This document shows positions 42,596-52,513 of a stretch of DNA of 64,000 nucleotides, in pieces (position 1 is the first letter of the stretch; every line of letters begins with the position of its first letter). A program made the translations under genes and the position numbers. Location: assembly GCA_965223825.1 (NCBI GenBank), contig OZ245018.1, positions 2,012,272 to 2,076,271 on the forward strand, written 5' to 3'. This DNA is from Gammaproteobacteria bacterium. Its GTDB lineage: Bacteria; Pseudomonadota; Gammaproteobacteria; CAJXQU01. Below the pieces are notes generated by a model. The model ran no database searches and was not told the DNA's origin. It saw only the letters and a list, made by a program, of their open reading frames with translations.

Positions 42596-43384
42596 TCAAA
42601 CAAACGTCATCGAAATCGTACCTAAATCCTGATAGCGAACAGTGACAGCATCCCCTTTCTCTACCGTGACGGCAGCGGTCATACCACCGGTCATAATAAA
42701 TGTACCTGCCGGAATATGTTCACCACGTTCCGCTAACATATTTGCCAACATCGCAACGCTCGCTGCAGGGTGCCCAAGCACTGCTGCACCGGCACCGACT
42801 TCAACCACTTGGCCATTTTTTTCCATGACAACGCCCAAGGTTTTTAGATCCAAGTCTTTCACATCACGAACATTACCACCCGTGACAAAACGTGAGGACG
42901 ACGCGTTGTCCGCAATCACACTTTTTAAATCAAATTTAAAATCACGATAGCGTGAATCGATCACCTCAACGGCTGGTACAACACTGTCAATCGCGGCAAG
43001 TACATCACCAACATGACAACCTGGACCGTAAAGTGGTTTGCTCGTAATCACGGCAACTTCCGCTTCCACTTTCGGGTGAATTAATTCATCTGTTTTCACT
43101 TCGCAACCATCAGATAAGGCAAAATAATCGGCGAGAAATGCATAGATTGGTGTTTCAACGCCCATCTGTTTCATTTTTGCAAATGATGTCAGCCCCATTT
43201 TCAAACCAACAATCCGGTTACCTCGGGCAATTTTGCGCTCCCGAATTGCCCATTGAATGTCATAGGCATCTTTCCAATCCATAGCAGGATAATCGTCGGT
43301 AATTTTGACGACGTCATGTGCTTGCAATTCTGCATTTTCAAGCCGTTCTGCAAGTTCGTTGATTGTATTCGTATCTAATGACAT
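42596..43384 (-). CDS. dmpH: 4-oxalocrotonate decarboxylase.
   Basis: It belongs to the MhpD/XylI/XylJ superfamily. The motif NAELQAHD...IVGLKMGLTSFAKMKQMGVETPIY matches the decarboxylase branch. Its ATG overlaps the upstream stop by 1 nt. Confidence 0.75.
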   Translation of the reverse strand: MSLDTNTINELAERLENAELQAHDVVKITDDYPAMDWKDAYDIQWAIRERKIARGNRIVGLKMGLTSFAKMKQMGVETPIYAFLADYFALSDGCEVKTDELIHPKVEAEVAVITSKPLYGPGCHVGDVLAAIDSVVPAVEVIDSRYRDFKFDLKSVIADNASSSRFVTGGNVRDVKDLDLKTLGVVMEKNGQVVEVGAGAAVLGHPAASVAMLANMLAERGEHIPAGTFIMTGGMTAAVTVEKGDAVTVRYQDLGTISMTFV

Positions 43385-44439
43385 CAGGCAGATTCTCGCA
43401 TTTTTGTTCCACGCTCACGCAGAATATCCAGGGCCACATCTTCGATCATATCTTCCTGACCGCCGACGGTTTTTCGTTTACCAAGCTCGACTAAAATATC
43501 TCTCGCCGATACACCGTGTTTCGCTTCGGCGCGTTTTGCATGCAAGAGAAATGAGGAATACACACCGGCATAGCCCAACATGAGTGAATCGCGATCAACC
43601 CGGGTCGGTGTCTCCATCATTGGTACGGCAATGTCTTCCGCTGCATCCACTAATTTGTCCAGCTCAACACCACAATCTATCCCCATGCGATCACACACGG
43701 CGGCGAATACTTCGAGCGGTGTATTACCTGCCCCCGCACCCAATCCCGCGACTGATCCATCAATACGGCGTGCACCAGCTTCGACCGCTGCGATCGAATT
43801 CGCAACGCCCATCGCCAAGTTATGGTGACCATGAAATGCGATCTCAACATCCTCTGGCAAACCGTCTCGTAATGTACCTATACGCTCACGCACACCTTCC
43901 GGTAATAAATAACCCGCCGAGTCTGTGGCATATATACAATTTGCACCGTAGGAGACCATCAGCTTTGCTTGCTCGAGTAATTTTTTACCGTCCACCATAT
44001 GCGCCATCATAAGAAAACCAACTGTATCTAAGCCGAGTTTTCGCGCATGACTAATATGCTGCTCACTCACATCCGCTTCCGTACAATGTGTCGCAACGCG
44101 AATGGTATGAATGCCACAATCGTGTGCCATTTCTAAATGCTTAACGGTACCGATGCCGGGAATTAATAATGCCGAAATTTTCGCGTGTTTCATTTCTGGA
44201 ACCACCGCACGCAAATATTCCTCGTCGGTATTTTTCGGAAAACCATAATTCACCGACGCACCGCCTAAGCCATCACCATGGGTGACTTCGATCAGATCCA
44301 TTTTTGCGTCGTCCATCGCTTTCGCTAAGGTCACCATCTGATCAACACTGAACTGATGTGCAACGGTATGCATGCCATCGCGTAACGCGTTGTCATGCAA
44401 CTTAATTTTGATACCTCGTAAATCTTTTGTTGTACTCAT
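43384..44439 (-). CDS. dmpG: 4-hydroxy-2-oxovalerate aldolase.
   Basis: It has a TIM-barrel aldolase fold. The motif [11 protein letters not shown] matches DmpG/MhpE. Its start lies 10 bp after the acetaldehyde dehydrogenase stop and has a GAGGG RBS. Confidence 0.9.
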   Translation of the reverse strand: MSTTKDLRGIKIKLHDNALRDGMHTVAHQFSVDQMVTLAKAMDDAKMDLIEVTHGDGLGGASVNYGFPKNTDEEYLRAVVPEMKHAKISALLIPGIGTVKHLEMAHDCGIHTIRVATHCTEADVSEQHISHARKLGLDTVGFLMMAHMVDGKKLLEQAKLMVSYGANCIYATDSAGYLLPEGVRERIGTLRDGLPEDVEIAFHGHHNLAMGVANSIAAVEAGARRIDGSVAGLGAGAGNTPLEVFAAVCDRMGIDCGVELDKLVDAAEDIAVPMMETPTRVDRDSLMLGYAGVYSSFLLHAKRAEAKHGVSARDILVELGKRKTVGGQEDMIEDVALDILRERGTKMRESA

Positions 44440-44449
44440 GCTTAAGCCC

Positions 44450-45355
44450 TCAATGATTCGCCGCTTTTTCCGCTTGATCTGCAAGCATCTGCTCTGCGAA
44501 CATTTCCGCCGTCCGCGCACCGGCTGCCGTCATAATGTCGAGATTGCCAGCATGTTTGGATAAGTAATCACCACGGCCTTCAACCTCAAGAAAAATACTG
44601 ACGCGATTACCATCAAAAACGGGACCATTTTTAATGCGATATCCCGGTACATACTTTTGAACTTCTTTTTCCATTTCCAACACGGATTTAGTGATCGCGG
44701 CCTCGTTTGGTTTATCTTTCGTCAAACAATGTACTGTGTCTCGCATCATGATCGGTGGTTCAGCAGGATTTAAAATGATGATCGCTTTACCCTCATCCGC
44801 CACACCAATTTTTGCAACCGCATTTGATGTGGTTTGAGTAAACTCATCAATATTTTTTCGCGTTCCAGGACCCGCTGATGCGGATGCTGCTGTGGCAATA
44901 ATTTCAGCGTATTTTAAATCTTGAATTCGACTAACTGCGCGAACCATAGGAATTGTTGCTTGCCCGCCGCAAGTGACCATATTGACATTCATTTCCCCTT
45001 TACCAATATGTTCAGCCATATTCACTGGTGGTACGCAAAAGGGACCAATCGCTGCTGGGGTCAGGTCTATCATTACCACGCCATGCTCTTGTACTTTGCG
45101 ACTATTTTCCGCATGGACATAAGCAGATGTCGCATCAAATGCAATGCGTACATTGTCTCCTGCCATATTTGCGATCAAACCATCTACACCTTCGTGAGTA
45201 CATTTCATGCCTTCTTTCGCAGCACGCGCCAAGCCGTCAGATTTTGGATCTATTCCAACCATCCAAACCGGCTCGAGCACCTCGCTACGTTTTAGCTTGT
45301 ACATAAGATCGGTGCCGATATTGCCCGATCCAATAATTGCACATGCGATTTTCAT
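44450..45355 (-). CDS. dmpF: Acetaldehyde dehydrogenase (acetylating).
   Basis: The N-terminus [20 protein letters not shown] matches MhpF/DmpF. The catalytic Cys region [10 protein letters not shown] is present. Confidence 0.9.
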   Translation of the reverse strand: MKIACAIIGSGNIGTDLMYKLKRSEVLEPVWMVGIDPKSDGLARAAKEGMKCTHEGVDGLIANMAGDNVRIAFDATSAYVHAENSRKVQEHGVVMIDLTPAAIGPFCVPPVNMAEHIGKGEMNVNMVTCGGQATIPMVRAVSRIQDLKYAEIIATAASASAGPGTRKNIDEFTQTTSNAVAKIGVADEGKAIIILNPAEPPIMMRDTVHCLTKDKPNEAAITKSVLEMEKEVQKYVPGYRIKNGPVFDGNRVSIFLEVEGRGDYLSKHAGNLDIMTAAGARTAEMFAEQMLADQAEKAANH

Positions 45356-45433
45356 TTTTCTATCCTCTTACCAACCTGGTCATTAATTTAGTCGTTTGGT
45401 TGGTCATTTTTTTAATTTGATCATTATTTTTAT

Positions 45434-46225
45434 TTATTCAAAACACAGCGAAGCGTTTCCCATCCCACCAACATGCACGGTCATATGATCACCCGGTTTA
45501 ATCGGAATGAGTGGGACAAGTGATCCAGATAAAATCACGTCACCAGCTTGCAGTGGAATCTCAAACTTGCCGAGTGTATTGGCTAACCATGCAACGCAAG
45601 TTAACGGTGAACCTAACGCCGCTGCTCCAGCACCGGTTGCAACGATCTCCCCATTTTTTTCTAACACCATACCGACCGTGGTTAAATCTAATTTCCGTGG
45701 GCTGATCGCTTGATGTCCGAGTGCAAAGTATCCGCACGAAGCATTGTCCGCGATGGTGTCTTGAATTTTGATTTTCCAGTCTCGGACACGTGAATCGACA
45801 ATTTCAAAACATGGCACAACAAAGTCCGTTGCGCGCAAGACGTCCGCAGCCGTCACACCGGGACCGGTTAAATCTTTTTTTAATACAAATGCGATTTCAC
45901 CTTCCGCACGTGGTTGAATCATCTTTTCACTGATCGGAATCGTTTGACCCGTTTCATAAACCATCTGATCGGTTAAATAACCAAAGTCCGGTTGATGCAC
46001 ACCCAGCATGTTTTGGACGGCTTTACTGGTCACACCGATTTTTTTACCGATGACTTTTTCGCCGGACTCTAATCGGTTATCAAGCAAGCGGGTGGAAATC
46101 GCATAAGCATCTTCAATGCTCATTTCAGGTTCACGATCAGTAATCGGTTCGATCACCTCACATGAACGTAATGCGGCAAAAAGATCATCACCGTATTGTT
46201 TAATTTTTTTCTTTTCCATGCTCAT
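45434..46225 (-). CDS. dmpE: 2-oxopent-4-enoate (2-hydroxypentadienoate) hydratase.
   Basis: The motif IGKKIGVTSKAVQNMLGVHQPDFGYL matches the MhpD/DmpE/XylJ hydratase branch. Its ATG at 46225 overlaps the HMS dehydrogenase stop (ATGA). Confidence 0.75.
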   Translation of the reverse strand: MSMEKKKIKQYGDDLFAALRSCEVIEPITDREPEMSIEDAYAISTRLLDNRLESGEKVIGKKIGVTSKAVQNMLGVHQPDFGYLTDQMVYETGQTIPISEKMIQPRAEGEIAFVLKKDLTGPGVTAADVLRATDFVVPCFEIVDSRVRDWKIKIQDTIADNASCGYFALGHQAISPRKLDLTTVGMVLEKNGEIVATGAGAAALGSPLTCVAWLANTLGKFEIPLQAGDVILSGSLVPLIPIKPGDHMTVHVGGMGNASLCFE

Positions 46226-47682
46226 AGTTTCACGCAAATATTTTTAAGCTCGGTATAAAACTCGAGTGAATGAACACCGCCTTCACGACCAATACCGGAA
46301 CGTTTCATGCCACCAAATGGAGTACGTAAATCACGTAAGAACCAACTATTTACCCACACAATGCCGGCTTCAATTTTACTCGCGACACGATGCGCTCTTG
46401 ATGAGTTTTCTGTCCAGATCGCAGCACATAATCCGTACTCTGTATCATTCGCCAGTGCGATCACTTCCTCTTCAGAATCAAATGGGCGGATATGGCAGCA
46501 AGGGCCAAAGATTTCTTCTTGAACCACCGCAGCATCGTCCGGTAAATCTGTCCAGATTGTTGGTTCGATCCACGCGCCATTTTGCATTTCACCTGGCATG
46601 TCGGGTATACCACCACCGATTACGACGGTTGCGCCCTCTTCCACAGCTTTTTTGTAATACGAAACGACTTTATCGCGATGCCCTTTACTAATCAGTGGGC
46701 CAAGGTTTGTTTCCGCATCTTTCGGATCACCGAGTTTAAGTTTTGTTACCTCGTCTTTTAATCGACGAACAAATTCTTCATAAATTGGACGTTCAACGTA
46801 AACTCGCTCTGTGCCAAGGCAGACTTGTCCGCAGTTAACAAATGTTGATCGCATCGTGCCTTCAATCGCTTTATCCATGTCGCAATCAGCGAAAATAATG
46901 CCTGGGTTTTTCCCCCCCATTTCCATGGAGACAGGTCGTGACCCTGTCGCTGCCGCACGCATGATAATTTCTCCGGTGACTGTTTCACCGGTAAACGTGA
47001 TCGCATCGACATCTCGATGTTCTGTCAGGAATGCACCAGCAGAATCACCACCAAAACCATTCACGACGTTATAGACACCTTTCGGTACGCCTGCCTCATT
47101 CATAACTTCACCTAACAAGGTCGTTGTGAGTGGTGTTTCTTCCGAGGGTTTGACAATGACGGTATTACCACACGCGAGTGCTGGCCCGACTTTCCACGTC
47201 ATCAACAACAGTGGCAAGTTCCACGGTGAGATCACGGCTATAACACCTTGAGGGACGCGGGTCGCATAATTGATCGCGCCGGTGCCATCTGGTGTCGCCA
47301 TTTCAAACGCTTCTGTGGGTACATTTTTTATCGTGTCAGCAAACACTTTAAAATTTGCTGCGCCCCGTGGGATATCGATGTGACGGGCGAGTGAATAAGG
47401 TTTACCAGTATCAAGGCACTCGGCTTCGAGAAAATCGTCAAAACGCGCATCAATTCCGTCCGCAATTTTGTACAAAATCGCTACGCGATCTTGCAAAGTC
47501 ATTTCTCCCCAAGGGCCATTTAAGGCTGCTTTTGCTGCTGCGACGGCAGCATCGACCTCGGCGCGCCCACCTTCATGCACGCGCGCAATGACACTACCGT
47601 CTACAGGTGAAATATCATCAAACATTTTTCCATTTGACGAACCGACGAATTCCCCACCAATAAAATGTTTTATTTCTTTCAT
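46222..47682 (-). CDS. dmpC: 2-hydroxymuconic semialdehyde dehydrogenase (NAD+ aldehyde dehydrogenase).
   Basis: It is 486 aa. ALDH motifs include EMGGKNP (as SMEMGGKNPGII) and a catalytic Cys in FVNCGQVC. Confidence 0.9.
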   Translation of the reverse strand: MKEIKHFIGGEFVGSSNGKMFDDISPVDGSVIARVHEGGRAEVDAAVAAAKAALNGPWGEMTLQDRVAILYKIADGIDARFDDFLEAECLDTGKPYSLARHIDIPRGAANFKVFADTIKNVPTEAFEMATPDGTGAINYATRVPQGVIAVISPWNLPLLLMTWKVGPALACGNTVIVKPSEETPLTTTLLGEVMNEAGVPKGVYNVVNGFGGDSAGAFLTEHRDVDAITFTGETVTGEIIMRAAATGSRPVSMEMGGKNPGIIFADCDMDKAIEGTMRSTFVNCGQVCLGTERVYVERPIYEEFVRRLKDEVTKLKLGDPKDAETNLGPLISKGHRDKVVSYYKKAVEEGATVVIGGGIPDMPGEMQNGAWIEPTIWTDLPDDAAVVQEEIFGPCCHIRPFDSEEEVIALANDTEYGLCAAIWTENSSRAHRVASKIEAGIVWVNSWFLRDLRTPFGGMKRSGIGREGGVHSLEFYTELKNICVKL

Positions 47683-47710
47683 AGGATGTTTATTCTCTAT
47701 TTATTGTTTT

Positions 47711-48130
47711 TTATGTAATTGCGTCTAAACCGGCTTGAGCGCATAACTCGTCTTGCTCTTCCGATGCACCTGAAACACCTATGGCGCCAACACAATCATC
47801 TCCTAACCTGATCGGAACACCTCCACCGAAGGCGACAAACCGATCACGCTGCACAATGCCTTCACGTAGTAACGATCCTTGTGGTAACACCTCACGCCAC
47901 TGACTTGTTGGAATGCTAAAACTGGCCGAGGTATAGGCTTTATCGATCGCGATATTGATGGACATGTACGGTGCATTTTCACTGCGTAAAAACGCCACCA
48001 ACTGCCCACTGCTATCCACAACAGCAACGGCTATGTGCACCCCTAATTCAGAGGCCTTCGCGATTGCTGCCTTGACAGAAACCTGTGCTGACTGCCAATG
48101 AATCAATTGTTTTTTATGTGTAATAACCAT
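47711..48130 (-). CDS. GlcG/HbpS-like (DUF336) protein, first gene of the lower-pathway operon.
   Basis: It is 139 aa. The region AVVDSSGQLVAF...GGGVPIRLGDDCVGAIGVSGASEEQDELCA fits DUF336. Confidence 0.6.
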   Translation of the reverse strand: MVITHKKQLIHWQSAQVSVKAAIAKASELGVHIAVAVVDSSGQLVAFLRSENAPYMSINIAIDKAYTSASFSIPTSQWREVLPQGSLLREGIVQRDRFVAFGGGVPIRLGDDCVGAIGVSGASEEQDELCAQAGLDAIT

Positions 48131-48210
48131 TTATTTAAAAAGAAATATCAGTTGTTCCGCATTTTCTATAAAATGTGTTTTACCTACTATTAACTACACA
48201 ACTAAATAAT

Positions 48211-48240
48211 ATCGATATTTTATATTTTGTCGATATTTTA
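48211..48240. promoter_or_regulatory. Copy A of the shared operator-like motif ATATCGATATTTTATATTTTGTCGATATTTTAT, in the divergent promoter between the lower-pathway operon and the GntR gene.
   Basis: It matches copies B and C at nearly every position. Confidence 0.5.
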
Positions 48241-48316
48241 TGCAAGGTATGAATTACTGTATTTCTGTCTATAATTCACACCTAATTACAAAAATAAAAA
48301 GGCTTAAATAACGTCA

Positions 48317-49000
48317 ATGACCGAACCTAAATCTAAAACGCTCTTTGAATCTGTTTTTAACCGAATTCGTGCCGATATTATTGATGGCAAACTTGATCCG
48401 GATTCCAAACTTCGCATTGAAGAATTACGCGAAAAATATGAAACAAGTGCCAGTCCTTTGCGTGAAGCATTAAACCGATTGGCTGGCCAAGGTTTTGTGA
48501 TCGTGACCGGTCAACGCGGCTTTCGTGTCTCGCCTGTTTCCATGGCCGACATAGAGGACATCACGCGCATGCGTATCATGCTGGAATGTGAAGCCTTAAA
48601 AGAAAGCATCGAAAAAGGCGATGATGAATGGGAAGCCAATATTATTGCCTCTTATCATCGGCTCACCAAAGCACATGAAATTAGAGAAGCGAATTTTCAA
48701 GAATGGGAGATCCGTAATAACGATTTCCACGAAACATTGATCGCCGCCTGCTCTTCTACTTGGCTACTCAATTTCAGACATGTTCTCTACGAACAACATA
48801 AACGCTACCGACTCATTTCTATTTTGGAACATGATTACAGTCGAGATATTCGTGCAGAACATGAAGCCATTAAAGAAGCGACTATCGAACGCGATGTTGA
48901 TCGTGCACTTGAAGAAACACGTAAACACATTCAACGCACGCTAGATTCAACAAAACTCAAAATCTCACAGCATGATGAAGAGTTAAAGAACCGAGCCTGA
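48317..49000 (+). CDS. GntR-family regulator (FadR/FCD subfamily), divergent from the meta-pathway operon.
   Basis: It has an N-terminal wHTH (ELREKYETSASPLREALNRLAGQGFV) and an FCD-like helical C-terminal domain. Confidence 0.8.
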   Translation: MTEPKSKTLFESVFNRIRADIIDGKLDPDSKLRIEELREKYETSASPLREALNRLAGQGFVIVTGQRGFRVSPVSMADIEDITRMRIMLECEALKESIEKGDDEWEANIIASYHRLTKAHEIREANFQEWEIRNNDFHETLIAACSSTWLLNFRHVLYEQHKRYRLISILEHDYSRDIRAEHEAIKEATIERDVDRALEETRKHIQRTLDSTKLKISQHDEELKNRA

Positions 49001-49058
49001 TCGTGATCACGTTTCGTGATCACGACCGACTCGTTGATACCTTTCCCAAATCAATAAA

Positions 49059-51419
49059 TTAGTTACTATTCGTTCCAGACTTCGCTTCGAGAATAAAGCT
49101 CGGACGAAAAGTTCGGATCCATGCTGGAATAATAAACATCGCAGCGATCGCATTAAGAATTAACATCACGATCAACAATAATGCCGCATCTGCTTGAAAG
49201 CGCATTGTCGAAATAAAGACCCACATCACCACGCCACAAATCAATGTCATGGCAGTAAAGCCGATGGCGATTCCCGTAGTATTCATCGCTTCTTTAATTG
49301 CTTCATTCAAATCACCGATGCGAATAAATTCCATCCGAATGCGATCCATAATGTAGATTGAATAATCGATACCAACACCGATACCAACAGCAATGATCGG
49401 CACAGTGTTTACATTGATACCAATTCCAGAAATACCCATATAGCCATACGTTAATGTGGTCGCAAATGACATGGCGAGTAACATCAACCAACCCGCATGG
49501 AAGGACCAATAAAATAAAGTAACGAAAACCAGAATTAATAAGAAAACGAGAGGAATAACAATAATATTCGTTTCATACGCGGCTTCATTAATCGCCGCCG
49601 TTACCCCGATCACACCTCCCGCCAGTTTAAGCGTGAAACCCTCAACCTGAGCGGCAGCAGAATGGGACCATTCTTTAACCATGTGAATCGCTCGACGAAT
49701 CGTTTCACCTTTATGATCTTTATAATAAAAAACCATATTGGCATTTTGTTCATCCGTATCAATAAACTCGAGCAACGCACCCGGTACTGGACTGGACATC
49801 ATATAGGTGAACATTAAACCGCCCGTTTCGAGATTATCCACGGGGTAACTTAACCACCTTGGATCGTTATTGTGGATTGTTGTACGTACTTGTTTTACCA
49901 AGTTTGGTAAACCTTTCGCCCCCCCTAGTTCCGGATCCATCAACATATAATTTTGAAAATCCGTCAGTGCACGGATCACATCTGGGTTTTTAAGACCGGC
50001 TTTTTCCTCAGTATGCGCAATAATGTAGAGTTCTTCTGAGCCCGGAAATAATTCATTCGTTGCTTTGGAAGAAATGTTGTAATCGTGATCTGGATAGAGC
50101 AACGGTGAACCCGGTTCTGACTCACCAATCTGTACCCAAGAACTAAAATACACACCAACGCACATCATCACCAACACACCGAATAACGTCGATTTTGCAC
50201 GATTCCTTGTCGCCGTTAATCCGGAAAGATCCGGCAATAGTTTCTGTAAAAAGTTTTGCTTTTGTTCGAAGTTTTTTGGTACAGGTAATAACTCAAGAAG
50301 GACGGGAACAAGAATTAATACCGTAAAGATCACACTACCTGCCCACAATGATGCGTAAATGGCCAGTTTGTCATTGATCGGCACAGAGCCGAGTGAAATC
50401 AACAATAAACCAATCGCATCGGAAATAACCCCAAGAGAACCAGGGCGAAACAAATCTTCAAATGTTTTACGAGCAGCTTTTTGTTTATCTTTAACTCGTG
50501 CAAGTTCATGGTAAAAACGTTCAACGAGTTGAATACCATGCGACATTGCTCGTGCAGAAATTAAAAATGGTACAACCATCATTAATGGATCGAGGTTGTA
50601 ACCGAGTAAGGAAAGAATCCCCAAACCCCATAAAGTCGTTAATAAAATACCAATACTCGGGAGTAACACACCATAGAGTTTTCGAAAATATAATGTCAGC
50701 AAAGCCAACATGATCAAAACGGTGTATAAAAAGATTTGTAGTATTTCGTTAACGTAGCTAGAAACCCAACCGACTAGTACGGGCTGACCGGTAGCGTAGA
50801 TTTCTATGCCTTCAGCCGCCTCAGAATCACGAATATCTTTTAATTCATTGAAAACTTGTTTGTAGTTTAATTCGCCCTCATTCAAAGTTCCGCGAATAAG
50901 TGCTGCACTAAGGTCCGGCGAAACTAATAAACCATAAACGCGCGGATTTGCGATCACATCATTTTGAATACCAGTGAGTTCTTCCTCTGAATAGCTGTCT
51001 TGTAATGGATCGTAATACGGCGTGGATTCAACCGTGCCCATTTCATTCAACCAGATTTTCCGTGTTGTTCTATGCGTTAAACTGGTCACCAAATTATGGT
51101 TTATGCCTGTTAATTCATCCACTTTTTGCGTTATGCGATGAATACGGGCCAGTGTCTCTTCATTAAAAATAGTGCCTTCATTCACTTTGAGTGAGACGAT
51201 AACATTATTTGCACCACCGAATGTGTCACGAATAATGTTATGTGTTTTGATGTATGAATGTTCTTGTGGGAGCAGATCTGCATAGTCTGACACCATTCGA
51301 ACGCCCGGCACTTGTATCGCAAAAATTGCTGTGATCAATAAAATAATTGACGCGGTAATTTTCGGGTGAGCGAACACGATTTTATCGATTTGTTTTAGTT
51401 TTTTTATTAGGTTAATCAT
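49059..51419 (-). CDS. RND-superfamily transporter of the MMPL/HpnN-like type (two 6-TM bundles).
   Basis: It is 786 aa with 12 predicted TM segments in a 1+5 / 1+5 arrangement and large periplasmic loops. It is the last gene of the DUF1302 module. Confidence 0.75.
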   Translation of the reverse strand: MINLIKKLKQIDKIVFAHPKITASIILLITAIFAIQVPGVRMVSDYADLLPQEHSYIKTHNIIRDTFGGANNVIVSLKVNEGTIFNEETLARIHRITQKVDELTGINHNLVTSLTHRTTRKIWLNEMGTVESTPYYDPLQDSYSEEELTGIQNDVIANPRVYGLLVSPDLSAALIRGTLNEGELNYKQVFNELKDIRDSEAAEGIEIYATGQPVLVGWVSSYVNEILQIFLYTVLIMLALLTLYFRKLYGVLLPSIGILLTTLWGLGILSLLGYNLDPLMMVVPFLISARAMSHGIQLVERFYHELARVKDKQKAARKTFEDLFRPGSLGVISDAIGLLLISLGSVPINDKLAIYASLWAGSVIFTVLILVPVLLELLPVPKNFEQKQNFLQKLLPDLSGLTATRNRAKSTLFGVLVMMCVGVYFSSWVQIGESEPGSPLLYPDHDYNISSKATNELFPGSEELYIIAHTEEKAGLKNPDVIRALTDFQNYMLMDPELGGAKGLPNLVKQVRTTIHNNDPRWLSYPVDNLETGGLMFTYMMSSPVPGALLEFIDTDEQNANMVFYYKDHKGETIRRAIHMVKEWSHSAAAQVEGFTLKLAGGVIGVTAAINEAAYETNIIVIPLVFLLILVFVTLFYWSFHAGWLMLLAMSFATTLTYGYMGISGIGINVNTVPIIAVGIGVGIDYSIYIMDRIRMEFIRIGDLNEAIKEAMNTTGIAIGFTAMTLICGVVMWVFISTMRFQADAALLLIVMLILNAIAAMFIIPAWIRTFRPSFILEAKSGTNSN

Positions 51420-51436
51420 TTTTATATAAACCGTGT

Positions 51437-52384
51437 TTAATTTGATTCATTCAAATTGATCAAGCTCAACATACCCGCTCCTCCAACCAAGAATTTTTCT
51501 TGATTGACAGCCTCGGTCAGCTTGAAGAAAAAACGTGACTGAACGGGTAATTCCATTGGCGTCCATTCATCTGCATTGCCAATTTTTTTCTGTATAACTG
51601 TTCCATAGTCACCAACAGCGATGATGTAATCTCCCATCATCGTCATACCGAATAATGGTGCAGTAGTATTCGTTGTTTCTTTATTCCAGCTTTGTCCGCC
51701 ATCGTGTGTTTCATAGATAATGCCGCTTAATCCCGCAATCCAACCGACTGAACTATCTCGAAACGTACTGGTTAGGGGGGAGAAATCATTTGGTACAGGA
51801 TCAGCAAAATTCCACGTTTGGCCACGATCATTTGTGATCAGCACCGTACCGAATTCACCGGTAATAAATCCATTATCCTGATCAACAAATTCCACGGTGC
51901 TCAAAATGACATCTTCACCCAATGAACTGTCTTTCCAACTTTTTCCAACATCATCACTTGATAAGATGGTGCTGAAACTACCGACTACCCATAGTGTGTT
52001 GTGTTGATCACAATCAATTGCTTGCGGAACTTCTGGTGTCCCTAAAGGATGATTTACCCATTCAGATAAATTCTCTTTCGCTGTCCAAACGTCACCTTCC
52101 ATAGATAAAGCTGCAAACGTGCCATTTGGACAAAGCGTAATTTCGATTAAAGAAGGTTTGGCTGATATTTGATGACGCTGCCATTTATCAGTACCTTTTG
52201 CAGCATGTAAAATAATGCCTTCTGATCCAACAGCAACCGTTGTCGTATCAGAATCGATCGCGGACATGAAAATATCCGTTCGACGAACTGATTGTTTTTC
52301 AGTGACGTCAAGCCCATCCAATGTGAGTGGCGCTTCGCATCCCATCAGTATTAACGGTGCGAATAAAATAAATAAATTACGCAT
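51437..52384 (-). CDS. BNR/Asp-box repeat beta-propeller lipoprotein (Ycf48-like).
   Basis: It has a lipobox (LILMGC). Asp-box motifs SxDxGxSW (DVGKSWKD), GQTWN and GGQSWN are present. Confidence 0.7.
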   Translation of the reverse strand: MRNLFILFAPLILMGCEAPLTLDGLDVTEKQSVRRTDIFMSAIDSDTTTVAVGSEGIILHAAKGTDKWQRHQISAKPSLIEITLCPNGTFAALSMEGDVWTAKENLSEWVNHPLGTPEVPQAIDCDQHNTLWVVGSFSTILSSDDVGKSWKDSSLGEDVILSTVEFVDQDNGFITGEFGTVLITNDRGQTWNFADPVPNDFSPLTSTFRDSSVGWIAGLSGIIYETHDGGQSWNKETTNTTAPLFGMTMMGDYIIAVGDYGTVIQKKIGNADEWTPMELPVQSRFFFKLTEAVNQEKFLVGGAGMLSLINLNESN

Positions 52385-52513
52385 GTTTATTAACCGTTCA
52401 TCAACACCCTGTCGAAAAGCAACAGTTTAAAAAATACCTGTCGAGCAGTTATTGAATTATTTTAATTATGAAATAAAAAAGTGCCCTCATTATTGAGGGC
52501 ACTTGCTCGCAAA

